From the NCBI GenBank assembly GCA_964658305.1, contig OZ210885.1, forward strand, positions 10,292,001-10,356,000: DNA of 64,000 bases, in the 5' to 3' direction. The notes under the pieces were generated by a model. That model searched no databases. It was not told the DNA's origin and was given only the letters and a program-made list of their open reading frames with translations. This DNA is from Leptogorgia sarmentosa (taxonomy: Eukaryota). The position numbers and the translations under genes are program-made. Of this stretch, positions 37,332-49,953 are shown in pieces. The number at the start of each line of letters is the position of its first letter. The first letter of the stretch is position 1.

Positions 37332-40300
37332 GAAACATTTTTATTTTTTTCCGGTCCGTAACTCCGGTCCGTAACCTAAATAGAGCTTTCTGATTGGTTG
37401 CCGAGCGGTCCGTATTCTACGGTACGGACCGCTCGCATGCATTGTCGTAGATTTAATACAAATATAGACAATGTTTTTGTTTTCTAAAATTGAATGGTCG
37501 CTTTTTAAAAGATTCAAAACGAATTTAGGCGATAAAGAATACATGAAAGTTCATTTTATTATGCTAAGGGATATTTTAGGCGGTATTTACAGCGACAAAA
37601 ACTCATAAGTATTATTGATACTCAACAAAGTCTCATCAGTATGAACAAAACAAAACATTCTCTGCGAAATATTTCGGTGTCTAAAGCGTATTTTAACCAT
37701 GTTTGTAACGTGAAACGAACGGAAAAATAAATAATTTTAATTAGTTTACCTTTTTCGTAGTAATGTTGAGTGGAAAAGCGTCAATATTGAAGCAAAGCGT
37801 CAATATTGAAGGGTTTTTTCTCACTTCGTCTTGGCTGTTTAGCAGCCATACTTGCGATAGAGTAGCAAAGTAAACAAACACAACTGATCACAAAATCTAG
37901 TTCGCAACACTGGAATTTTTGACGAATTTTATCATAACATCGACGGGAAAAAAATAAATAAGTTATTTACCATTTAGGTCGGTCCGTACTGGAAAATATT
38001 TTATCTCGATATATCTTTTCTCGGAATGTGATAATAACGCAGAGGAGGTTGGACAGCAGATCGCAAAGCGTCATGGGTAATGAGCGCCTAATTACACGTG
38101 CGCCCTCATTCATACTTTGACTGCCGCGATGTATACATCTCTGGTCCAATTAATAAATGGATGCGTTTGGAGTTTGACTTCGATTCTTCTTCAAAGTAGC
38201 GTGGTAAAACATTATTGTTGTGATCCTTACGATGGTTGCTGTTTACTATTCCAAGTTTACCGTTTTTAAATTACCTGGCTTTCTTAGTAACCGTCTTTAT
38301 TGCCGAGTCGCCATGTATGATCAAAGTAAATACAGTATTTCAGGTTGGTATATCAATATTTGAACTACAATGCATTCTTTTAATAGATTTCTTATTTGTT
38401 TTATTATTTACGATTGCATGTAAAAAGAATTTACTTGTGATACTTAACTTGCTAAGTTATGTATGGCTGTATAAATTTTCCTTTGTATCAGACTATCAGA
38501 TGGTGAATTTCATTATTTCATCTATTCATTCTATTGCTTACATAATATTCCTGAATTGCATGTATCTGGGTTACATGTAACTTAGGAATTGTAATTTTGA
38601 GAAAAAGATTTTCTGTTGTGATTTTATAGAAAGAAATTTGCTTAGACATATATGGTTGGCTGATTTTGAACTTGGGCAAGATGGCATTATGACCAGTTAA
38701 AAGGAACTAAATATAGTGGAATTTGATGAAATAAAATGCTATGAATCTGAAAGCAGCAATGATGAAGACATTCCATTGGTTCCACTGCTCATGAAAATAT
38801 TAATTCCAAACTTTGATACTGCCATATCTTGTTCTTGAAGAGATGTTTTAATATAAAAAATATAGTACAGTAAACCAAGCCCTACAGTTATTGAATGGAA
38901 TGCATATGTGTTGGGTATACTGTATTTCTACTAAACTGAGTAGTGTTTGCTCCACCCATGCTGTAATCACTGACAGGATAAGTCAGGATATACATGTACA
39001 AATTTGAAACTGTGCTTTTAATAAAAACAACATTACACAAGACACTTGGTATAAACAACTGCAACATATGTGGTATGAATAAATTAATAAATTTGTGAAA
39101 CTGTTTAATTATCTTGAGCACTTTATATAGTAGGAATGGAAAATTTGTGTCAGCCATGGTTGTGTACTAAAAGTCTCTAACTTTCTGAGTCTATCAACAT
39201 TGTCACATTTTTCATAATAAGACAAACAACACACAACAATTACTTGTTATTGGGTAATTACAATATTAATATCAATAGCTTTGGCCAATTAATATCACCC
39301 CAATCTGTATCTCTACAGTACATATATTTGTACATTTTGTGCTTGGCTCAGGAGCTGGTAAATCTTCTGCTGGATTGAACTGGACTGCTAAAGCAACTCA
39401 GGTGGCCCTGTTGAGGGATCACTTTGCCATGAACAACCCCCAGGATCAGCTGTTGTTCAGCAGGTGAATGAAAAGAGCATTACACTTAATGCTGCCACAC
39501 ATTATGCACCTGTAATAAGTAACAATATATGAATAACACAAACAATAATAAGTTGAGCATTCTATGCATAACCAGAGGATAAAAAACAGTAGCCCTAATG
39601 ATTATGTGTGTAGGAACTCCTAACTGATCCGAAATATACATGACCCATGAATAGCAATAATATTAGGTTGCCCAGGGATGAGTAGATGGTTTCAATAAGG
39701 CCTTTTGGGGGACACTAACCATCTGAAAGACCCATTATAATTTGGCTGAAACACGACATAAGGGTTGGGTGGTAAAACTTGCGTAAGGCGACAACTCATG
39801 TCAAAAGGCAACATGAAAGTAACAACCCAAAATTATACTCCACGTAAGAAAACATTGTTTTAAACGTTCAAATATTCCTGTGAAACTAATTGAACACCTC
39901 GTGTAATAAATACATTAATGAATACTTGAAACCTCGCCACTAACTTCACAAATTATTCAACAAAATAATATTTCTTGGTAACAAGGCGAAGCACCATTTT
40001 TGGCAAATGTCAAAACGAGTCATGTCGATTCAAAGTGAAATTTCTATATCGCGCGGGCGGGTAATTCGGGGTAATTCCGTAGGTTTTTAGTTCATACATT
40101 TGTGCTCATGTTGACAAAAAATCAAAGAAATCGAACCACGGGAATTCGACATTTTCCATTTTAAAAATCGTAAACAGAAATATAATTTAGCTGTCGTGTT
40201 AAAATGACCCTCCAACATTTGATTATAAAAATGAAGCAGTAATTAACGTTTACCTCACTTAAAATTCCAGATATCAAAAGTTCAACTCTTCCTTTCACAG

Positions 40301-40469
40301 AATCCTAGAAATTCCAGCATCAAACTTGAATAAAAATAGCCAAAATTTGAATAGTTTTGTGCGCTATGCAAATTATTTTGTTCAAAATCCTCGCAAAAGC
40401 AATGTCAAAATGACGCGATTTGATTGGTCGAGAAATTCACGTGACAGCTGTCCAACCTCCTCTGTACAT

Positions 40470-43400
40470 AAGTATACGCCTCCCATAATTATCAATTGCA
40501 TTGAGGAGAGCACTTAATAACATAGGGTCAGGCTACTTTGACGCTCGGGTGTTCCTCGGTAATTATCTTCGGAATAATATTTAATATGAATATTTTAATA
40601 CTCAATGCATTAGGTAATGTCGAGGGTGTTCGGGGGACGATCGCCGCACGTTCCGAACAGTTTACGAACCCCGAGGTAGCCTGACCTATGTTATTAAGTG
40701 CTGTCCTTGCAATTACCGTATTTACTCGTTTGAGCGCCGCCCCCGATTGAGCGCCGCCCCCGATTGAGCGCCGCATTTCATTTTTTGTATTATAAAGATA
40801 GGTAATTGGACCTCTACGGGGCGTTTTCGGTGGTTAATGTGGTACTCATAGGTTCCCTAGGGAACGTTCATTGTTGAACTGAAATTCAAAGGGTCCTATT
40901 GGACTTTCCTTCAACTGATGTTGTAGGTATTTGTTTGATCTCATCTGTTGTATAGCTGTTGTATGGCAAAACACATTATTCGCGCAGGGTCTATATCATA
41001 AGACCGTCCTGCGATTTTTGTATTATAAAGATAGGTAATTGGACCTAAATCAGAATTTAAAGAGCGCCGCGGCGCTCAAACGAGTAAATACGGTAAACGG
41101 AAACATTTTTGGACATAGCTAATAAAAAATAGGTACACAACGCGTACATGTACTGCGCCCAGCTTACTTACTTACTATGAAATAGGCAAATTGCGCAAAT
41201 ACCGATTCATAAAACTTGAGGTTGTCCTAGTTACAGTTTTTCAGTACATGATATAAGTTTCGTGACTACCTCGCATTCTAGAATTCGCGCGACCATATCA
41301 AATTGCATAAGACTCGAAACATGACGACATATGATAACACATTAATTTTTATGTTATTGCGTCTGTACAATAGCGACAGCGCTTTGCGATTGTTTGTGAA
41401 AAATGTGGCTTTCCACGGACCTAGATTACCTTTTGTATGTACTTAAAACCATATTATATACACCATATTCTGTTCATTCACGCAACATTGGCGTAGAAGA
41501 CGCTAATATATATGATCCGTATACGCGTAGATACAAAACAGGATACTTTAGACTATATAAGATTTCCTTTGTTTTGTTTCACGCTCATCTAAATTGCACA
41601 AACTGGTTTTATTACAAAATACAAAATACAAGGTATTCTCCTGATTTCCTGGTGTTGAATGTTTCAACAATTCTGTATAACGAGGCGTCAAAACATTTGC
41701 ATATATTGCGTGATCACTATGACACTGCCGACAGTCCAAGCATGTACAAATATGCCAATGCCGACACGCTCAAAGTATCGTAGGCATGAGGTTACACGTT
41801 GTGTGAGGATTTTAGTTGCAACTTATATTTATAATATTCAAGACGTATTAGATTTCAATAAATATATGCAATTAGAACGCACCCCTGTCTTGTCGTGTCC
41901 CAGCTATAAAATCATGTAAATGCATAACATCACGTAAAACTGTCACCTTTAACATTGCATTTGAAAATCTCCCATATTTATCGAAGGTTTATTTCAGGGT
42001 TTTTTACTATATTTCAAAAACTAATCGCAAGCACATACAGTCTGCATTCCACATTAATCGAGTTTGTGAAATCCAGGTAGAGTTATGACTTTTGCTGCCT
42101 TTATTTCACTAAGCACATCACAGTTGCCCACATTTCACTAAGACCTCTGCTCTAAAATATAATCTTGGAGGTTCAAAATCAAATTGGAGATTAATCACAG
42201 TCTAGTGATATTTTTAAAGACTTTGTATTCTAGTACCCTACATTGCAAAGGCATAGGAAAATATCCGCGAGTACACGCAGTCGGCATTCCGCAGTAATCG
42301 CATTGGCCGAGTCAAGCTAGGAATGTTACATTTCGATCGAAATATTGTTAATACAGCAAATATCGTTTTGTGTCATAACGTACAGTCTTTACCGTGTAAA
42401 AGTACGAAACATAAAAGCGCAAAGATTTTTGTTCCATAACAATGATCTTCTATGAATTTAATTGACAAGAAGAAAGCTTGGTGAATCCACTAAATTGCAA
42501 TCCATCTTGATACTGTAGGTCCTATTAATTCATTATTCACATTTTCTGATGCATACAATTTTATTTGTCAAATGGAAACCACTTTCTTGTTTACTCATCA
42601 TATAAACTTAATGTGAAATAAATTTCATACGCAGATCTTGATCAACGTATTTTTCAAGTTAAATCCTCACTACATGCAGTATCACTTGAGTGGCAAGCTA
42701 AAACATTACATCTGGCAAATATCTGTCTCAACGCGTCTTTGCGCACAACAGCTAATCTCAATGGCTTTGAAGGTCAAGTATGTTTGATATTATTGTAGCT
42801 ACGATCTTTTCAGTGAAGTGAGATAAAGCAAAACAGAAAAACGATGCAATAAATGTTTTGGTGATTGTAATAAATATAGTTGTTATGGAAAATTCGCATT
42901 GTGAACAGTTCTTTGAAGCCGCGACACATATGAAATGAATAATGATATTTGATACGAATTGTGTTTATAATGTGCTAGACTGACACAGCGAGCTAGCAAT
43001 CGAAATGTTTTCAATTGTATGAAGCGAATAAAACGTCTTTAAGGCAACATGAATGCTCACTCCAATAGCTACACTTAGGGATGGAAAATAACCACTCATT
43101 CAATGTCGTCTATCAATCACGTTATTCATTTATAAGTAGAAATGCTAAATCTTCTAGTCTGGCTCATTTCCTAAGCCTACCTCGACCTCCATAAGTCCAT
43201 AAAGTTCCGCGTTTTTGTATCGCAGCTTTTCAAACACTGATATACGTCTGCGTTGTGCATATATTAATTTATCAAATTTACAGTCATTTCTCAGTAATTT
43301 CAATTCATCATTCGAGCCAACTTCACTCACTAATAAAATCTAATTTTCTAAAATTTGATATACTGCCCACATCGTTCCATCTTGAGATGGTAACTTCGAA

Positions 43401-43528
43401 ACCGTAAAAATATAGCATGCTGCTCAAGTTCAGTGACCTGGTCTGGCAGAAACATTTTCTGTATGTACATCAACTATAAATCTGTGTATAGTAAATCTAT
43501 GAATCTATAAATCAGGATCAAGACCTTT
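40470..43528 (+). repeat. Dispersed multi-kb repeat, copy B
   Basis: Matches copy A and supplies empty sites for the insertions in A. Confidence 0.85.
40716..41093. mobile_element. Tc1/mariner (pogo-like) MITE
   Basis: TIR CCGTATTTACTCGTTTGAGCGCCGC; TA TSD; empty site at ~5213. Confidence 0.88.
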
Positions 43529-43914
43529 CGACAGTACTACCTTATTACGCTACGTTTTCCTTTCTCTTCTATCTCTCTGACTATGTGAGTATATGTTAGG
43601 GTCATATAATGATTCATAGTTTTATCGTTTGTACCTAAATCGAAGGTCTACGGCTCGTCCGGCAAGTCCGACAGATTTTTATTGCTGTGTGTAAAATATC
43701 ATAGAGCACGAAAACCGGATAAATTAGAGGTTTTAGCTAAAGTGCACAGTGCACTCGTACATAAATGAAAGAAAATTATTCCTAAGTGCTTGCCCTGGTT
43801 TCGTTGCGAACGTTGCGAAAATCTTTCAATTCTTTTTTATCTATTTGTTAGACTACATTATTTTTACATGAGAGACTGTGTAACATAAACATGCTCATTT
43901 TGCCGTAAAACCTC

Positions 43915-44110
43915 GTTCCGGGTTTTACAGATTCCGGCTTTTCATGTTCCGGGTTTTACAGATTCCGGCTTTTTATGTTCCGGGTTTTACAGATTCGGGC
44001 TTTTCATGTTCCGGGTTTTACAGATTCCGGCTTTTCATGTTCCTGGTTTTCTCCTCGTTCCGTTCCTCGTTCCGTTCCCCGATTCCCCGTTCCGGGTTTT
44101 ACAGATAGCC
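43915..44110 (+). repeat. 31-bp minisatellite (4 full units plus degenerate ones)
   Basis: GTTCCGGGTTTTACAGATTCCGGCTTTTCAT repeated head to tail. Confidence 0.9.
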
Positions 44111-46659
44111 TAATTTAGAACGCAGCGCATTTTGCAAGTATTACAAAATATCAAATGTAAAGAGCGTCAGATGTGATACATATCAATTTTATTTATTCTG
44201 AGCTAATTTTTTTGCTTCCATGTCTAATATGCTTATAACCAAGGCTTACCTTGATCAATTTTTGGTGTAAAAATACTGTAAAAATGATCAAATAATGATA
44301 AATGTTACATGACTTTGAATTGAGGGCCCAGAGGGGGGATTGATCATTTCAGGCCGCATGGTTATATAAGAATTCTGGTGTTGAGCGAATAGTAAGACAA
44401 GATAAATATTCAGTTCAGAAAGGCTGGCAAAGGTCCAGTATATGAAGCCACAATCGCACTTCGTGGCTTGTGCCGACCTACGTATATCTGTAGGCGGTAT
44501 CTAAAGAAATTGCGGGGTAAAAAACTCACCGCATGATACATGGTATGCTATTATTCATGATCACTCAATCACACCGGACCAATATATATTGTTATTGCAA
44601 AGCAAATTATATATTTAAATTATCACAGAACCCTGTGAACATCAGACAGTTTGATGCCAGTGAGATATATTGTTGTCTCTATGTTGATCGAGTATAAAAT
44701 CGAAGTGTTAACACGGAGTGTTCCTTGATATTAAAGCTCTTTTGGTTTAGATTAACGGAATTGAAGCAAGCGATTTAAAAGGTAAAATATTCGTAATTGA
44801 AAATATGTAAAGTCTGTATGTTATTAAATATCGATGTACATGCAGTCTTTATTTGTATCGATACATTTTGTGATCCGAGTTTGTAAGATATTCACTTTTT
44901 AAAGAGTATGTATTTATAAATTAGTCGCGTAATTCAAAGTTTTCATATCTTTTCACAGTGATTTAACTTCAGCTATACCGCACACTGTGAGCATTTTGTA
45001 AATACGTAGACATGCTTAGAAATGCTGTACTAAAGAAATACTCCATAATTTTTCTCAATCATATTTCAATATATGGTAAATGTTCAATGGTAAATGTTCT
45101 GGTTTAAATCTAATCAGAACCTGTTTCTAATTTCGATATAACTGATGCCACAAAAATGGAGTTTGAAGAAGCGGGAAAAAATTACAACTCCCTTTGTGTT
45201 TTGCAATCATGGAAGTATTTTAAAAATGTGATTATTTGATTAATTCAATGTAGAGGCGTAATACAATTTTAGTGTATTTGAAGTTTGAAGTTTTATTTGC
45301 CCACAAAACGATAAAAATACAAAATGATTTACATTATTTACAAAGTAATAACGGGCTAGGGACCTTTGGAATTCCTATTGGACTTTTAGGTAATGATATG
45401 GGATATGATAAGTATCGTAATTGCTAAAACAAATATATTAGAACTATTTACATGAAGTAATGAAAAGATACAATCAAATAGTGAAATATAAAAGGCAATG
45501 TAAGTTGTCATTACAATATTAAATATATTTACAGTATTAATTACGTGTAGATAGTATGAATGCTGCATAATTGTGATCAGAAGTAGCTAACAAAGGCATT
45601 TCTCCCAAATTACATATAAATTAAAATAAGCAAATTTTCAAGACATTATATGGATTAATTTTGTCAGTTGAACCTAAATTTAATCAATTAAATGTGTGTT
45701 GTTCTACAGCGGCAAATCAATTCATCAACAGCTTGTACAATAGCTTTGTACATGACATAATATACATTTCGACTTTATTATTATATATATTCTGTGCCGC
45801 CTGTCCTGGGAATTTTAGGAGTGGTACTTCAAGCATGATTCAGTGTCTAGTTTCACTGCAACCTACAGTGTAAACTTACATGCTGTTGCCACACATGAGT
45901 GTCTTCCTGTTATATTGTTCTTCGACCCAGCACCATTCAACTGAAACCCGCAAACACAATTGTTAGAACACTCGCAATCTGTGACGACATTTATTTACGT
46001 CGTAGAGGTTGAAAACAGAAGCGTTTGCCCTTTTAACATCATTGCGAATCGGTGAGTACTAATAAAAGTTTTTGAAACTATTTCCAGTTTGTACAATAAA
46101 TGCAATATTACGAATTTCCTTTGAAAGCAACAGCATCCATCTTATGACGTTGCAACACAATGGCAAACAAACATGCTTTTACGCTTCTACCATTCGTGAA
46201 ATATCGTTTCAGGTTATGTGAGAGTGTTTTGTGTCGCTCTTACTTTTAATTATCTGTGATCTCGTGAGCCTTGTATTGCACATAAACTCCTCATATCACC
46301 AGTTAGAGCGCTTGTTTGTAAATTAAACTTAATTTATTCAGACAAGATACTGATAAAACTAGACAAGATTTTGATCTTTTTATAAAAGCTGAGGTCATGA
46401 ATAATTATTTATTAAATGCTTTAAAGCTTTTCGTTACTATCTGTACTGATTCTTGGGTGGTTATATCATGGTGAACATACATTTGACTGGTGCGTGTTCA
46501 ATCGCTGACATGTCATGCATACAGCGCTATTTGGTACGATTTGTTGAAAATCCTAAATTGAATTAAGCATTGCCAAGCAAAGCAGCCTCCATCCTCACTT
46601 CGGGCTTATTCAATACAGACTTGAGCATGCAATAACCAGGGACCAAACAACAGGTGGAG

Positions 46660-47998
46660 CTAGCAACGCTCAGTCTGTAGCGCTGTTAGCAAATTTGCTG
46701 TTCTTGACTAATTAGGTTGCGACCAAGTCTTCAAATTCATAGGAAAGCAAACTTCAATACTAGCAGTGTATACCTCACGCAAGTTTGTTTACAAGTTTCA
46801 TTTGAAAACTATAGTATATGATTGGCAACATTTCAGTCTGTAACAGTTGATACATTCTTTCCAGCATAAAACATTCACTGTTAATTAATCAATACAAGAC
46901 TGAGATTAAATCGACTGATAGCATGCATGTAAATTGTATTATAGCGGACGTTTTTGCGATTGTTTATTATGCCCTCGGCCCTCCAGTGTACTATATGTAT
47001 ATTTTTTGTCTAATATTGTGCAATATGGACCGAATGTCCCAAGACAGATAACACATGCAATCTCAATATCATGCTATAAAAATTAGTACACTGAAATAAA
47101 CCTATAAAGGCCCATCCACACGATGTGAATATCTTATACGATTTGTTCTGACTTATGGAAATGAGTGGTTATCTCTCATTACCTGTTGATTACGTTACGA
47201 CGGCATTTCATTGTATTCACGCATGTTTGCTGCATGCATTCCAGACGCTATAATACAAATCTTATCGTGTAAATGGCCTTGGCAGAATCTTAGGCCCCTA
47301 TTACACTATACCGGATTGCATCGGAGCGGAGCGATTTTTATACCGGATTGGGCTGTTGTTTACACTACGCCACTGTAATCCGCTACGTGCCGTGGAGCAA
47401 AAATCACTCCGCTTCGTTCGTGATACAAAAAGTAATCCGGTATGTGCCGTACCAAAATGATTGCCTTTCAAAATATTTTTATGTATGTATTGACTGCTGC
47501 AAGCGTGCTGCAAATAATGTCGTGTTTGTATGCCCTAAATATCCAACATTATACGATACGAAGACGTCTTCGACAGCGGAGCGGCGTAGTGTAATCGCTG
47601 CCATTTTTTTCATCCGTGTCAAAATTGATCCGGAACAAAAAATAATCCCGTATAGTGTAATAGGGGCCTAAGCAACGCCCAGTCTGTAGCGCTGTTAGCA
47701 AATTTGCTGTTGTTGACTAATTAGGTTGCGACGAAGTCTTCAAATTCATACGAAAGCAAACTTCAATACTAGCAGTGTATACCTCACGCAAGTTTGTTTA
47801 CAAGTTTCATTAAAAACTATAGTATATGATTGGCAACATTTCAGTCTGTAACATGCAGTTGATAGATTCCGTTTACCATAAAACATTCATTGTTAATTAA
47901 AGCGAGACTGAGACTGATAGCATGCAAGTAGCTAAATTGTATTATAGCGGAAGTTTTTGTGATTGTTTATTATGCCCTCCAGTGTACTATATGTGTAT
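46660..47998 (+). repeat. ~330-bp direct duplication (46660-47000 and 47670-47998) separated by MITEs
   Basis: AGCAACGC(T/C)CAGTCTGTAGCGCTGTTAGC...CCCTCCAGTGTACTATATG occurs twice. Confidence 0.85.
47293..47668. mobile_element. PIF/Harbinger-like MITE
   Basis: TIR GGCCCCTATTACACTATAC; flanks TTA/TAA. Confidence 0.8.
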
Positions 47999-49355
47999 TT
48001 CCGGAGGGAAATTATGTATTGTGCCGAACAATGTTTTACCTAAAGTTAAGCGTATTTTTGAGCGATTATTGCATTAGAATGACACGGTATGAATCATGAA
48101 TGACACACATAACGAAATAAATACAGTTACTATTAAATACAATAATTTATAACCTATAAGATATCGAGTGGAGAATATTTTTCACTCTCGATCGCCTTAC
48201 AAATATAAGGCGTTGTTATTGTATTTAACTGGCTTGTCTGATTTTTCAAAACAACCAACATTGGCACATAAAAACTGCCCAATTAACAATTTAGACAGGA
48301 TTCGTGTCAAAATGTCGTGATTGCATTTGCTGTACACGATTGTGTTGTCGCCACTTCAACTTTTCAAGTAAATCATAATTTATTTGCTGAGAACACCACC
48401 AAAACGTAAAACTTCCGTTCTGTGAACACAGAATTTTTCTATACTGATTGACGTTACGTTTCTGTTAGAAGTTTATCACGAACGGAAAGAAATGTTATAT
48501 TTGGCTTAGTTAACAAGTTTTGTATTAAATATGCAATTAATGTTACAAGGTGACAACAGTGCCGGATTATCTAGGGGGCAATGGGGGCATTTGCCCCCGG
48601 CCCCAGCTCAAAAGCTTGTTTACCGGCACAAGAAAAACAATGTATAAAAAATTTCAGTTACTATGGGTTTCGAAAATGTGGAACTGTGCCGGTCTTTATT
48701 GGCGCGGCAATAGCCATTTACATTTGCATTTTTTACCATTTTTTACGGAGATGGCCCGGCATGAAAAATAGCTGGCACGCACAATTGTCCGAAACGGCGA
48801 TTTTTCATTTTGTTAATCACGTTTTCTACACAATTTCATCTATTATGGGAAATCATACATGTGTTCATGGAAGTCTTATTTTACCTGGATTATCCATAAC
48901 CATTCCGTAATTGCTCTTGTGTCTTTCGATTACTTGGTTTTCTCCAAAGAGAATCTAATTTCTTCACCATTCCAAATATTTAACAGAACTACTGTCTCTG
49001 GCCATGTAATTGTCTCACCTTTCTTTTCCACGATTTTGAAAAGCGTACCGAGCATGCGTACATCGAAGCGAACTGCCATCATTTTGTATGGCACGGCATT
49101 TGTCCAACTATGTTCTGGGTCTCGGCACGGGTAGAAACAGAAATTTACTCACAGAAATTTCCTGGTGCCTTGCCAATAAAAACCGGAACCCGTTCCAAAT
49201 TTCAACCGTGCCGCGCCAATTCTTGTGTTTGTGTAGTGTAATATTTAAAATATGGAGTGCATAAAAATGTTATGAAATTCATTGATTGCAGCTGAATGTC
49301 TTTTTAAATTGCGTATACTTAATTCACGTATATTTTATTTGTAGATCCCTGAATA

Positions 49356-49953
49356 ATGGCAAGCGGTGCCAGTTACACAACAGATGAAGAATCCAGATGG
49401 GTTGTGATTGGTATTTGCCTTACCAAAGTTGTCACTCCTACCTTGAGGAAAGTTGTCGATGCAAAATTGAAGAGCTGGTATCAAGACTTATGTAAACCAC
49501 CTGATGAAATTGACAAACAAGTTTTCGGAAAGCAAATTAAAACGCTGCCACCATCAACGTTGTCTTTGCAATATAAAAACATCAACGGTAATAATGTACA
49601 CAAGTATCCCCGTGCATATGACTACGCGGTGAAAGATGCTCTGTCTTTGGCAAAGTTGTTCGTTCAACCCTTCATGGCAAAGTTTACAGGTTTTGACGAT
49701 ACAATGGATCTTTCTGCTTTACTGACTATCATGTGTGAAGCAGATCCATTCATAACATCTGGTGCCTCAGTTTACGCAAATAATGTAAGGTCAAACGTGA
49801 GAAACGAATGGGCTCATTGTAACTTTCCCAAATGGACCAATGCTTTGTTCAATGACGCGATTCAACACCTGCAATGGTTGGCGAAAAATATCAATTTAAC
49901 AACTGCGGCTGAAAAAGAAGTGTGTGATGATCTTGAGGATTGGAAAAACAAAG
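49356..49953 (+). CDS. Exon 1: HEPN-like N-terminal domain (CXorf38/DUF4559-like)
   Basis: RxxxxH motif RNEWAH at 49800-49817, preceded by AKLF...DLSALL; acceptor at 49344 before the ATG; AAAG/GTAATG donor. Confidence 0.8.

Noticed and set aside
36008..37338. Mirror-image ORFs (MLAFNNVNKQ..., ...HRLLLIKIKRATV)
   Set aside because: By-products of the long inverted repeat, with no protein motifs
43915..44110. 31-bp repeats resembling a CRISPR array
   Set aside because: Units are head to tail with no unique spacers, and the context is eukaryotic; it is a minisatellite
49130..49165. GAAACAGAAA IRF/ISRE-like site upstream of the STAND gene
   Set aside because: Short motif expected by chance in AT-rich DNA, and the acceptor at 49344 implies this is intronic with the promoter unknown
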